Assembly: GCA_973895155.1 (NCBI GenBank)
Contig: OZ316891.1
Span: 2,595,324 to 2,659,323, forward strand
Length of the DNA: 64,000 nucleotides
Direction: 5' to 3'
Source of the DNA: Marsupella aquatica
Lineage: Eukaryota > Plantae > Marchantiophyta
Shown here piece by piece: positions 38,700 to 50,873 of this stretch. Positions within the stretch are counted from its first letter, which is position 1; every line of letters starts with the position of its first letter. The notes beneath the pieces are model-generated. The model worked only from the letters and a program-made list of their open reading frames with translations, had not been told where the DNA came from and searched no databases. Made by a program: the position numbers and the translations under genes.

Positions 38700-40882
38700 A
38701 TGATGGCGAAGCTCTTGCCATCGTCGGCAGCAGTAGCAACAGTTGCCGTTGTTGCATCAGCTTGCTCCCAAGAGGTGCACGATTGCAATGCCTCCGCTGG
38801 TCGGTTCGCTTGCCCTGGTCCGTGACCGCTTTCATTCCATGGCTTGTAACCTCGTCAGTTTTGTAAGCTGTCACTTCCGTAGCAATGTTGGGGTGACGTT
38901 TTCTTTGCCATTCCTCTGTTTTTTTTGGGTTTGTTTTGGGTCTTTTTGGTTCTGGGTACTCCTTGTTGGCTCCTCTTTTGCGGCTCGCTCGAATTTCGAA
39001 TCTCGATAGGATTGTTGGGATGAGCGGGCTTCGAGAAGTGTGAAATGAGTCATGGAGAAAACGAAATGCAGGTGTGGGGAGAATGGGCTTTGGAACCAGC
39101 ATACCTTGTTTGAGGCAGTCGAGGGCGTTGGCGACTCGGATGCCGAGAATTGTATGTCAAGCTTCTGAGAAAGGTAGGTTTGGTCTGTGCCTTGGGTCTC
39201 GCCTCGCCATTTCCTCTGCTTCTTCTGAAACAGACTAGAAACGCGAATTCCAACGATACTAGTCATAATTCATTGAGAGAAAGATAATGCAGGCGTGACG
39301 GGATGAAACTCACCATCAGAGAGGAGTGGCTAAGTGTCCATCTCCGAAGACCACCACCACAGTGGCAGACTTATTGTGTTCTGAATCTTTGATTGGAGAC
39401 TGCAGATAAAATACAGGGTGCAAGGAAGAATCAGTTGCAAGCGACAGAGCTATTTGCGGAGTTACTCAAGGCGGACGATGTGAGCGCCGCAGCCCAAGAA
39501 CATGTGGCGGATCTCTCAGAGGACTTCTTCATGATCGCCTCGACATACCTAGACTTGGTAATGGAGCTGATATCCTCTGCCCATTATCGTCTCGTCCGTC
39601 TCTGTGCTTCACTCCCCAGTAGCGTGTCCTCTCCTGTCGATGGGTCTCTGTTTAGTTACCTGAAGCTGTTCTTCTTGTGATTGTCGATCGTCTGGGACGA
39701 ACTCCAATTTGCACTGGGATACCTTTTGTGGCCCATCGGCCATATGTCCACGGTTCTGTTTGCCTTCGAAGGACAGAAAGGATTTGGTGTAATTTGCTGG
39801 AGATCAACCCATCCTATCTTGATGGGGTTGGTAAATTGTCACATTAAGTCGCTGGAGGACTGGACTTATTGTGAAAGCTAACTTCATATATTCACCGTTC
39901 CATAACGTTAGGAAGGCCAAGAAGGAAGGTAATGTGGAGGTTGTCACGAAGCTGGAGAACACGTTGAAGACTGCAATGTCCGTGAAAGAGGCCACGTTAC
40001 GACCTGAAATTCGACTTTTAAATCAGGTATGGTGTGAATTTCTGACATGACGCTTATTCCTCATACCCTGAGAATAGTCCATCCTGGACTGCATGGATAC
40101 TCTTGATTTGCGACTTCTCTGAATCACTTGTTGAGACGCCTTTGGAAAGGTTTAGCCTCATCTGACATGTTCGAATGTAAGGTCTCCCCTTTTCTGTAAC
40201 GTAACTCAGTTAGCTCCCACCAATGAAACACCTTTAACTTCGTTAGTCTTCAAAAATCTTGAATGGAGTATGTGTCTCACCGACGGAACGAAGTCTCTGC
40301 CTCGATGTGTGCCATTTGATCGAGATTGGAAGCAAACTGTTTGCACGCATATGTATTTCTGCCATTACCATTTAATCTCTCAGCTTTGAATTGCGATCCT
40401 TTGTAGCATTTCCCCTTGAAATTGTCAATAATTTTGATTTGGTGATTGGGAAATGTGCAACCCTATTCCTTCCTTGCTCCTGGTCCACAACCTGTTTCCG
40501 TCTGACTCATTATTGTTAAAGATGCTGACACAGAGTGTTTTATTGAACTACTGTGCCTTAAGTTGTTAAATTACAGTGTCTTTGTCTAATGTACGTGGAA
40601 TTGTTATAAAGTCTCTGACCAATTGTCGTCGGACTGGCTGTCTACCAGCTCTTACGACAGAAGGATGTCAAGGAGGTTTCGAACACTATACAGTCAAATT
40701 TGGAGTATCTCCAACCAGATAGTTACTTCTTCCAGCTACTTAAACGAATGATTGCTGATGTGGAGAAGCAGACCCAAAACCCCAATCGACTACAACTCTT
40801 GGCTCAACTTCGTCATATTAGTAAGGAGACAAATGAGGTCAAATCGGCAGCAAAGAAAAGTAAGGGTTTTGGAAGTAGATAA
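38700..40882 (+). CDS. Uncharacterised helical protein with probable chloroplast transit peptide (possibly related to the PRDA1/At4g37920-type family)
   Basis: Phase-consistent exons ~39072-39173 (...RQSRALATRMPRIVCQASEK, transit-peptide-like), 39406-39557, 39916-40026 (..KEATLRPEIRLLNQ) and 40649-40882 (..KKSKGFGSR*). The first exon 38700-38799 is tentative. The family assignment is from memory and weak. Confidence 0.75.
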
Positions 40883-41504
40883 GAGGAGGAGCAAGACTAG
40901 TCAAGAAATTCTTGAGTGTGAGCAGGCAACACTCGAGCCTTAAAACCAAATGCACGTCCAGATACTGAAAACGTTAGCGCCATCAGGTAGCAGTACGTTT
41001 ATTAGACTCTTTGGGCCTGTGATTGCTGAAGTCGCTGTAGAGTGGAGATAGCGTTCCTTTTGCCTTAAAAAGAAAGGTTGGCCCCTTTCATGGGCAATAT
41101 TATTGGGAGGACATTTTGTTCTTCAGTTTTATACGTGGTTACCGGTACAACACGGGCTTTTCGCTCCTAAGTGCACCTGATATAGACTTCGTGTTTACTA
41201 GTTGCACTGTGAAGCTCCTGAAGAGCTCTGTCGGACGAGAGCTGAGAAGCCTTTCCTCCTTCAATGTGGGCGCTTGAATCTCAGAGAGGCCTAGTGAAAA
41301 TTACTTGGAGCGACGTTGTGCCTAGAAGAGAAGGAGATCATAAGTTTCAAAGCAACTGCGGGGACAAAGAGAGAACAAAACTTACTGCCTCCAGTAGCTA
41401 AGTAAAACAATATGCGTGGTTGTGTTGTGTAATTTCTCTCTGATGGGTGCTTGAGCAATTACTTAAGGAACCGGAATCATCGTATCCATTGAAAAGAGGA
41501 CAGT

Positions 41505-41847
41505 ATTTTTTGCCTTGAAAGTAGAATGCAGACCCATCCAACAGAGGATAGACCTAATACTTTGGAGTATGCACCACTGTAGGGTAGCTCACAAGGGGGG
41601 GATGATACCCAGTGGACCCAGAGCATGAGGGAGAGATGGTTGAACCAGGGCCCAAAGTAGGGTAGCCAAGGGCCCCAAAGCGGGATAGGGGCCCCCAAAG
41701 AAACCAAGACTCCGACCACTACACCCCAACCACACACACACACACACATACCCTCCACACTCCCTTGCCTGTGGAGGGGGATTGAACCTGGGACCTCTTG
41801 GCTGTAGGCTCATCCCCGAGCCAACTGACCAAAGCCAGCTGGTTTTT
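41505..41847 (-). mobile_element. tRNA-derived SINE
   Basis: Minus-strand Pol III A box TGGTCAGTTGG (41821-41831) and B box GGTTCAATCCC (41778-41788). Internal (GT)n tract and short A tail. Flanked by the 13-bp repeat AAAAGAG(G/A)ACAGT (41492-41504 and 41848-41860). Confidence 0.75.
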
Positions 41848-41962
41848 AAAAGAGAACAGTTGTAAGAAAAGGAAACCAAGAAATATCTTTATTTCAAAAC
41901 TCTTTGAGAGTAGAACCTTCCAAATGTGACTGTTTTCTATGCATTGTTTTGTAAGTAGTATA

Positions 41963-42234
41963 TCTTCTAACTATATGCTGCAGTTATCATGACTTGTTTG
42001 CAACTCTTGGCAGTTACTAAATTTAATGCCCTTTGAAATTTCTCTCCTTGTAAGTTTTGGTACTTTATGGAGAAGAATGCACACGCCAGACTTGGATGTC
42101 TTCTAGCTATATGCTGCAGTTATCATGACTTGTTTGCAACTCTTGGCAGTTACTAAATTTAATGCCCTTTGAAATTTCTCTCATTGTAAGTTTTGGTACT
42201 TTATGGAGAAGAATGCACACGCCAGACTTGGATG
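41963..42234. repeat. 136-bp tandem duplication
   Basis: TCTTCTA.CTATATGCTGCAGTTATCATG... starts at 41963 and at 42099; the copies are near identical. Confidence 0.9.
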
Positions 42235-42449
42235 GGCAATCTAAAACTACTCCTTTACTTTACTAAAACTAACTAAACTTAAATTTCTCTTATGTTGTGT
42301 TAATGCCCTGTAAGTAGGGCATTGCAAGCAATAATAGTCCCTCAAAACTCAAGCACTTAGCACTCATTTTTTGGATCTTATAGCCCACAATGCCAGGCAA
42401 TACTATATACAACTGGCCCATGACCAAATCTTTATTGTCTACACCAGGC

Positions 42450-43819
42450 TCGTGACCAAATCTAGGCCGGTCACAATACTCTTAACAATAAAGTTTTGAC
42501 AATATTGTGTACAATTATATGGTTTCAGATATATTGCCAACAATAATTTCTAGGGCCATGTGTCAACCCCATCACTTTCCACTGAATTTTCTAGCACAAT
42601 ATAATCACTATATATGTAATGCCTCATATGTAAGTAGAATCCACATTTACATAGTGGGCACAAATAGTGTCCGTCAAGGTCACAGGGTCTTTGGGAGGTG
42701 GCAGGACCTTAGGGCATCTCCACTACCACAGTATAATCACCAACAAGTGATACAATTGTGTATCCCATACAGCAACTCATCGTAGCCAATGGAGGATCCA
42801 GGTTGTGTGGAGATGACCTTGGCCCAACACATGAGGATGGAAAGAGTGTGTAGCCCAACTAAGGTCATTATGCCATGGCAAATTCTCAGGGGCCAAATAC
42901 TGGTTGAGTTAACACAAAATATGAATTACTGATGTCTCCCAGAAAGCCAACACTTTTCAAAAACATGCACAACCTACACCCTTACACCATTTCAATAAAC
43001 GGGAGATGGTTTCTAGGATGCTTGTGCCCATTCCAACAATGCTATTGATGGACTGTAAAGATAAAAGGTTTTATGTTTTCTGTGTGGACTTGTGGAGTGT
43101 AAGTCAGGGTGCATGCACAATAATGAGGCTTTCTGAAGTGCAAGATCACACAAAAATTGTTGAATAGGTCCTTTGATGTTAAAATGGCCTCTTGCCACCC
43201 TCTATGCTGGTTGTTTGGACTCCTTGCTTGAAATCTCTCGCACAATTTGAAACCATCTAGCTTGCATCAAATGCAAGCCCCTGTTAATTGAGCAAAGTGA
43301 AGCTATAGTTGTGAGATCCCAAAAACGTGAATGAGGTGGTAGAAAAGTCATAGGAGATGTTGGTTGAGTCCCCTTGTGACCATATAACTCTTTGGCTGTG
43401 GAGAGTATTGATATGTTTCAGTTTCTTCATTACCTGCACATTGGTCCTATTACAAAATTGTAACTTGTTGCTCGTTGGAAGGTAGATTCAAGGATGTGGA
43501 TCATTACAGGATAAAAACAAGTCTGGTCTCTCTTGCAGGTGAATTTAGAAGTATTTTAAGTATGTGACATTAATAACAGTAAATGTGGAGGACATTGTAT
43601 GGTACCCATGGAAATAGAAGTAAGTAAAATAAGATGATACTGGCATATTTTCTTTTTCCAAAGGCATGCTCTAGGATGCTGGAGAGAAGCACAGAGTTGG
43701 CTGAATGGTGATATTAGAAGAAATGGTCTGAGTTTTGTTGGATTGCTGCTATCATCCAAGGGAAAGACTCCTATCTATACTTTACTTAGTTTTATGCTCT
43801 ATCAGACTCTGTGGAATAT
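42450..43819 (+). pseudogene. Decayed L1-type LINE, part upstream of the copia insertion (left boundary approximate)
   Basis: Remnant WHIFF..RHALGCWRE (zf-RVT-like) at ~43640-43690. Joining across the copia restores QTLWNIWQAR, the L1 C-terminal W.IW..RN motif. Confidence 0.55.
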
Positions 43820-44276
43820 TGTTGAGCATAGACGACGATCGCAACGGCAAGCCCATGAACCATCCAACGCACAATAGTCGACACAAGAGATACGTGGTTC
43901 ACCTCCTTGAGGCTACGTCCACGGGAACACACAAGAGAGCTTTACTGAACTCTAAGCCCATCGACTATACCGAGTCTCCACAGTGTAAGCTCTCCCTATC
44001 TCTCAAGTGGCTCCATAACAATGAGCCTTGGTTCTACCTCTCCAAGCACACATGTCTCTTATGATATAGTGTGCAACTTAGTTGTACCTAACCACATAGT
44101 TGTACCTAATCACGTAGTTGTACCTAACCACATAGTTGTACCTAATCACGTAGTTGTACCTAACCACATAGTTGTACCTAATCACGTAGTTGTACCTAAC
44201 CACGTAGTTGTACCAACCCACGTTGTTGTACCAACCATGTCATACCTAACCTAGACGTAAGAGTAAATACCCAACA
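43820..44276 (-). repeat. 3' LTR (457 bp; 9 copies of an internal 18-bp repeat)
   Basis: Near-identical to 49935-50319 apart from repeat copy number and ~5 transitions. Confidence 0.97.
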
Positions 44277-44288
44277 ATCTTCCCCTTG
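44277..44288 (-). other. Polypurine tract
   Basis: CAAGGGGAAGAT on the minus strand immediately before the 3' LTR. Confidence 0.85.
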
Positions 44289-44466
44289 ACTCTGGTCTAG
44301 GGGAGAGTAATACTGCCAATGTATATGATCCCTCAGCGGGAAGTTCTGGACAAAAACCAAACCGGTTTCCCTCTCTAACTAGAGCAAACCAGAACTAAGC
44401 CGTAGCCTAATACATAGGAATGAGGAAGAGCATATATCAGTAATTACAATGAATGTTAAGAAAACT

Positions 44467-47400
44467 CTACTTGTGATGCAATTGCAAAACCTGCAATACG
44501 TCACGGTGTCTAGAGAAACTCTCCAAAGGAATCACTTTGGTAAATGCGTCAGCCGGGTTGAGTTTACCATCAATCTTGACTAGCTCAAACAAATTATCAA
44601 ACACAGCCTGCCTGATAAAATGGTACCTAACGTCAATGTGCTTCACTCTGCTGTCCATCACCTGGTTCACAGCAAGGTGGAGCGCACTTTGGCTATCACA
44701 ATGGAGCTTCACATTCCCCTGTGGCAATCCCATTTCAGTGATAAGTCTATCCAACCAAATCGCTTCCTTTGCTGCTTCCGCAGCTGCAACATACTCCGCT
44801 TCTGTAGTAGACTGAGCAATACACTTCTGCAAAGTAGACCTCCAACTTATGCATCCATCGCCAAGTGTGAACACGTATCCTGTTGTTGATCTCCTTCGGT
44901 CCAAATCTTGTCCATAGTCAGAATCAACATAGCCAATCAATGATTTAGCATTCTTTGCATTCGCATCAAATAAAAGACCATGATCCACGGTACCCTTCAA
45001 GTACCTGATAATCCACTTCACTGCTTCCCAGTGTACCTTCCCTGGATTTGACATGTACCTGCTCACCTTGCCCATAGCCATGGCAAGATCAGGTCTAGTG
45101 CAAGTCATCAAATACATGAGACTCCCCACTGCCTTGTCATACGGAACCTTTGACATCAACCCCTTCTCTGTGTCATCCGTAGGACAGAACGCTGATGATA
45201 ACTTGAAGTGTGGAGCCAACGGGGTACTTACTGGCTTGCTATTCCCCACGTTGAACCTTGCAATTACCTTCCTCGCATAACTGCTCTACGTCAACCATAG
45301 CTTGCCAGCCTCCAAGTCCCTAGTGATCTCCATACCCAAAATCCTCTTAGCTGGCCCTAAGTCCTTCATCTTAAACTCTGCACTAAGCAGTGCCTTGAGC
45401 TTAACAATCTCAGACCTATCCTTGGCTGCAATTAGCATATCATCCACATAAAGTACTAAAACAATGAACCCAAAGACAACATTCTTTACCGGTTTCAAAT
45501 ACACACAAGGGTCAAATACACTTCTGTGAAAACCTTGTGACCGAATCCAATCGTCAAACCGCTTATTCCACTGTCTTGGTGACTGCTTCAACCCATACAA
45601 GGATTTCAGCAATCTGCAAACCAATTCCTCCTGTCCTCTCTTCACAAAACCTAGCGGTTGTCTCATGAAGATCACCTCTTCCAATGTGCCATAGAGGAAA
45701 GCTATGACAACATCCATCTGATCTAGCAGTAGACCAAACATTACAACAAGTACACACAATAGTCGTATTGTAGAGTACTTAGCAACTGGTGAGAAGACCT
45801 CATTGTAATCCACACCTTTCTCTTGTGTGAATCCCTTTGCTACCAATCTAGCCTTGTAGACCTTCGATCCACCTCCTATGGAATTATCCTTCAGCTTGTA
45901 AATCCACTTGCTATCCACCACTTGCTGACCCTTAGGCAGCTTAACAAGCTCCCAAGTTTTGTTGTCCTTTAGTGACTGCATCTCCGTTTGCATTGCTGCA
46001 GTCCACTTCTGCTTCTCCTTTGAAGCACTTGCCTCATGAAATGAAGAAGGTTCCCCTTCTTCCAAAATTAACGCATCACCCTCATCATCAGCTGTAAAAT
46101 CATCCTCTTGCAGTTGAGATGAATCAACCCACTGTCCATACCTTGGTGGAGCGCGTACAGTGCGACCAGATGTTCTTCTAGCCGATGACTCTGGTTGATC
46201 TGCGTGTGCTGGTACAATTTTAAGCTCAACAGCATCCACTTGCTGCTCACCAGCATCAACAAACTCCTCTGGTTCCTTTGGCACAGGAACCAGCTTCATA
46301 ATTGGAGCAACTTCTTCTCTCCGGTCATGCACCTCATAACCAATCTCCCCCTCAACGAGATCCGGGATAGGAGATTTTCCTTTGTCAGTACGGGAGACCT
46401 GAGTATTCTCCCCCTCCTTCAATAATCTGGATTCATTGAAGGAAACATCCCTACTAACAACGAGCTTACAGGCAATAGGATCCCATAGCCTATAGACTTT
46501 CACACCACTCTTGTACCCAAGAAAAACACATTTCTTGGAGGTAGGATCCAACTTGGTCCTATTCTGCTTCGGTGTGAGAGCATATGCATCACTTCCAAAA
46601 ACTACCAAGCCATGATAGTCTGCTTGCCGCTTATAGCGCATCTCAAACGGCGTTTTGAAATTGATAGCACTAGAAGGAGAAAGATTTACCAAATAAGCTG
46701 CGGTATTGACAGCTTCTGCCCAAAATTCTTGTGGTAAACCTGATTGGCTCAACATACTCCGTGACCGCTCCAACAGTGTCCGATTGAGCCTCTCAGCGAC
46801 ACCATTCTGCTGCGGAGTATAAACTGTGGTGAGATGACGAGTTATCCCCTGTTCTGAACAGTACTCTTCAAATTCCATTGAAGTGTACTCCCCGCCGTTG
46901 TCTGACCTCAGACTCTTCACCCTTGTATCCAAACACTTGATCGTGTTTCCAGTCTGATTCTCCACCTGGGCCTTCCACTTCTTAAAAATGGACAAGACAT
47001 CAGACTTATGCGTCATGAAATAAATCCACACAAATCTTGAGTAATCATCAATAAATGATACATAGTACAACTTTCCAGAGTGTGAGAGAGTCGGGGATGG
47101 ACCCCACACGTCACTATGTATGTACTCAATAACCGCTTTGGAACAATGAGTTCCAACACCAAAAGCACGACGATGCTGCTTTCCAAGAATGCAATACTCA
47201 CAAAACTCTAATTTACAAGATTGCAAATCAGAAATGAGTCCATTCTTCCGTAAGATAGCCAAACCCTTCTCACTCATGTGGCCTAGCCGTGAATGCCACA
47301 GTTGAGTCATCTCCTCGTGAGACTTGGTTACATTGGCCTCTCCACATTTTGTATTGCCCTGTAACACATACAAATTCTTTTGTCTACTCCCCTTCAAAAT

Positions 47401-48780
47401 CACTGTCTCTCCCGACCTGACTTGAAGTTCACCATCAATAACGCTCCATTGATGACCATTTGAATCCAACACACCGAGTGAAATCAGATTCATACGCATG
47501 CCAGGTACATACCTGACTCCGGACACTGTGCGCACAGCGCCATCAAACATTTGAATCTTCACAGACCCAATTCCCTCAATTTGACAGGAGTGATCATTTC
47601 CCATCAAAACTGAACCGTTTGAAACAGAGTAAGAACTGAAAAACTCACGAATGTAACAAATATGAAAAGAGCAAGCACAATCAAGAATCCACACATCATC
47701 TGCTCTCCTAGATGACGTGCACAGGGCATACCCCCGGCTTCATAAAACATACTCATCATTGAGTAAATCAGCTTCTCCATCAGCCCTAGCCACATTTGTC
47801 GATGAAGTTTCCGCTGCCTTTCCCTTACAGTCTCGCTTGAAGTGTCCAACTTGGTTGCACTTCCAACATGTCACCTGCCTCCTCTGAGGGGATTTACCCT
47901 TGGACTTAGATATGGATTTAGATCTAAACTGGGTTCTACGGTCCCCAGTTGGTCGCTGCATACTCCTCCCACGGTTAACATTGAGGGCAGCACCAGATGA
48001 TGAAGGCTGTGACGTGATGTGCATCTTCTGCTAAAGATCATCACTAAGCAGAGAACTTACCACGTCATTGTATGAAATGGTATCCCTATCACGATGCAAC
48101 AACACTCGTGATAGGGACTGGTAAGATGGAGGCAATGAACTAAGAAGCTGCAGAGCCTTCGTCTCATCATTCAAAGTCTCCCCAAGGTTTTCCAAGTCAA
48201 CGACCATGTCGTTGAAAGCATCCACATGGTCTTGCAACTTCGTACCAGATTTCTTCATCCTGAAACTCATCAGTTTGTAGGAAGTGTAGAGCCGGTTCGA
48301 CAACTCCTTGCGGTGATACTTGCTCTGCAATTCCGCAAACAAGGACATGCAATCCTTATGTGCACCCAACTGCTTGATGATGGGAGGCATGAGATAGAGT
48401 GTAACACACCATACTCCTTGCTCCTGCATGCGGTCCCATTGTTTCTCATCAACATCGTCTTCACGAGGGCTCAACAGTTGTCCCATCCCTAACGCATAAA
48501 ACACTCCCTTCACCTGCTTCTCCCATAGCAAGTAGTCAGAGCGCCCATCATACTTTGTCACTTCATACTTGGGTCCCCCAAGCTTGAAAGTCCCCATCTT
48601 CTTATTTGGCACTACCGTGAGCTCCGGTAGTAGTACTGCTTCCTCCACCACACGCCGCACCGGTGATGGTATCGGTGTCACGTGCTCTTCCTCCTGCTCC
48701 TCTCTCTGCCCCTGAAACCTCCACGGTGATCCTCGTGCTTCAAGTTTCACGTCTTCGAAAAACTCCTCCGAATCACTCAT
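44467..48780 (-). pseudogene. Copia gag-pol, single reading frame interrupted by three stops
   Basis: ORFs 48031-48780, 47740-48024, 45286-47694 and 44467-45249 are all in the same frame. Motifs: CCHC knuckle CWKCNQVGHFKRDC; protease WILDCACSFH; GAG-pre-integrase WHSRLGH; integrase HSDVWGP/RSDNGGEY/QQNGVAER; RT YKARLVAKGF/LYVDDMLIA; RNase H DSDY..STTEAEY..CDSQSA. Confidence 0.95.
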
Positions 48781-49920
48781 ATGAGAAAATCACAAAAAAT
48801 GTTATTTTTCACAACTTCTCAAAAAACTCGAAACTCAACACCGTCGTGTAGCCCACAAAGCTAGGAGTCCAATACTGAAAACCGAAATCAAAATCGAAAT
48901 TTGACGGAAAAGTTATTCAAATTTCGGTCGAGGTGGGTAAAACCTTGGGAAACTCCCCCGTTTTGACCACCTCAGGGAATAACCGAAATACCAAGTACAA
49001 CCCGTTGTCGGAATTGCGATATGATTGGTGCGCTGCGTTGCCAACTTCAATGGCTACGACCTCGCCGAAAAATAACCAAAAAAGTTACCATTCGGCGGAT
49101 GAAATCTTTGTCGGACGGTCAAAAAATAACTCTCTAGTTTTTTGGAATATTCTATGACCCTTGTACAGGCCCTGTGGGAATTTTGGAAGAACAATCGAGG
49201 GGTTGACATGTGTCCTTGAACCCCCAAAACCCCCTACCACCCTTCGTCGTCGAAATCTGGTCGCGCGCGCAGAAAATACACACGGCAGAATGTACCCCTC
49301 GACACCAAACGCAAGATATCTCACTCGGGTTTTGACGAAATCAAGATCCGATTTCAGATTTGGAAACTAGACTCCGAGGCGATGAAGATCGATATAAGAA
49401 GCACCCAAAACGAGGAAAGAACGAGGGAGAAAAAAATTGGTAAAGATGACAGATTTCTCTCAATTGCCATAGCCAATTTCGAATCAGTTTTTCAAAGAGA
49501 AAAAAATGGTACCTTGTCAACAACGAATGTTGATCAATTGCACTTGGTGCCGTCACCAAGTCCAACAAGGTAATTGATTTTGCTTAGCCTTCCTCTTTGC
49601 ATCAAAGAGCCAATCCCAGACTCAAAAACAATCGTCTTGCCTCAATCTCTCCGTTGAGTCAAAACACTTGATGCTTCTCCCTCCGAGTCGATTGCCAACT
49701 TTCTTCACAAAATCCAGAACGACAAAAACTTAGATCTCTTTGCACCACGAGCTCCGTTCAACGATTTCTTCACACCGTTAGAAAGCTCTTGCCCTGATCT
49801 ATCCGTTGAGCCCATAAACTCCAAGTTCCATGCGATGGAACTCTGGAAAATCCACCAATACTCAACGTTGGAAAATCCGTCATGAAATCCCGTCACAAAC
49901 ACACGTCACCTCCCAAGCAT

Positions 49921-49932
49921 GCTCTGATACCA
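49921..49932 (-). other. Primer binding site complementary to initiator Met tRNA
   Basis: TGGTATCAGAGC on the minus strand, 2 nt after the 5' LTR. Confidence 0.95.
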
Positions 49933-49934
49933 AT

Positions 49935-50319
49935 TGTTGAGCATAGACGACGATCGCAACGGCAAGCCCATGAACCATCCAATGCACAATAGTCGACACA
50001 AGAGATACGTGGTTCACCTCCTTGAGGCTACGTCCACGGGAACACACAAGAGAGCTTTACTGAACTCTAAGCCCGTCGGCTATACCGAGTCTCCACAGTG
50101 TAAGCTCTCCCTATCTCTCAAGTGGCTCCATAACAATGAGCCTTGGTTCTACCTCTCCAAGCACACATGTCTCTTATGATATAGTGTGCAACTTAGTTGT
50201 ACCTAATCACGTAGTTGTATCTAACCACATAGTTGTACCTAATCACGTAGTTGTACCTAACCACGTAGTTGTACCAACCACGTCATACCTAACCTAGACG
50301 TAAGAGTAAATACCCAACA
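49935..50319 (-). repeat. 5' LTR (385 bp; 5 copies of the 18-bp repeat)
   Basis: Bounded by TGTTG...CAACA; adjacent to the PBS. Confidence 0.97.
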
Positions 50320-50324
50320 AATAT

Positions 50325-50873
50325 ATGGCAGGCTAGGATGGTCACACCTTTGATCAGAACAAGAGAAGAGTTTTTGACCAACATTCGGTGGTTGCGGAAA
50401 CTCTGGATCATATGGCGGCAATGGTAGCTGCATCTACCTCAAATAAGAACTCACTCAAATTCTCAGTGCTAAAACTATGCTCGAAATAGAGAGACTGAGA
50501 TTGTTTACCCATAGAGCTAGGACTTGGATCTCCAGTTGAGTGATAAGCCGTGCTGACCAAGACGCTAGGTGTGACAATTGTTGATAGGCAGAAGCAATGG
50601 CCTCTTACTTAGTAGATGGAGATTGTAGCCAGACATTGAGAGACTAACCTCATTGGAATGTACTTATCTCTGTGTTTGGTCTCCCTACCTAGTGTGCTAT
50701 TCTTTTTGACTTGTGGTTAGGATGGGTTTCTTGGTGAGTTATCCATTGTGTTACAGATCTCTGAATTCTGTTTCACAGCCTGTTGTGGCTCTTTTGCCTT
50801 TTGGCCTGTTGTTTCCTCCCATCCTTGGGGTTCACGTGAAATAAACTCCAAATTTAAATAATAATAATAAAAA
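50325..50873 (+). pseudogene. 3' end of the interrupted L1-type LINE with (TAA)n tail
   Basis: Continues ...IWQAR(N)GHTF after the TSD with a 1-bp frameshift. Ends in AATAATAATAATAAAA at ~50858-50873. Confidence 0.5.

Larger units (their letters stand above)
43820..50319 (-). mobile_element. Full-length Ty1/copia LTR retrotransposon
   Basis: TG...CA LTRs at 43820-44276 and 49935-50319. 5-bp TSD AATAT (43815-43819 and 50320-50324). PBS and PPT present. Domain order gag-PR-IN-RT-RH. Confidence 0.98.

Noticed and set aside
38545-39266. Minus-strand 185-aa and 131-aa ORFs
   Set aside because: They overlap antisense the spliced 5' part of the plus-strand gene, which has consistent splice signals.
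44021-44254. ORF with (VVPNH)n repeats
   Set aside because: Translation of the 18-bp LTR repeat; not a gene.
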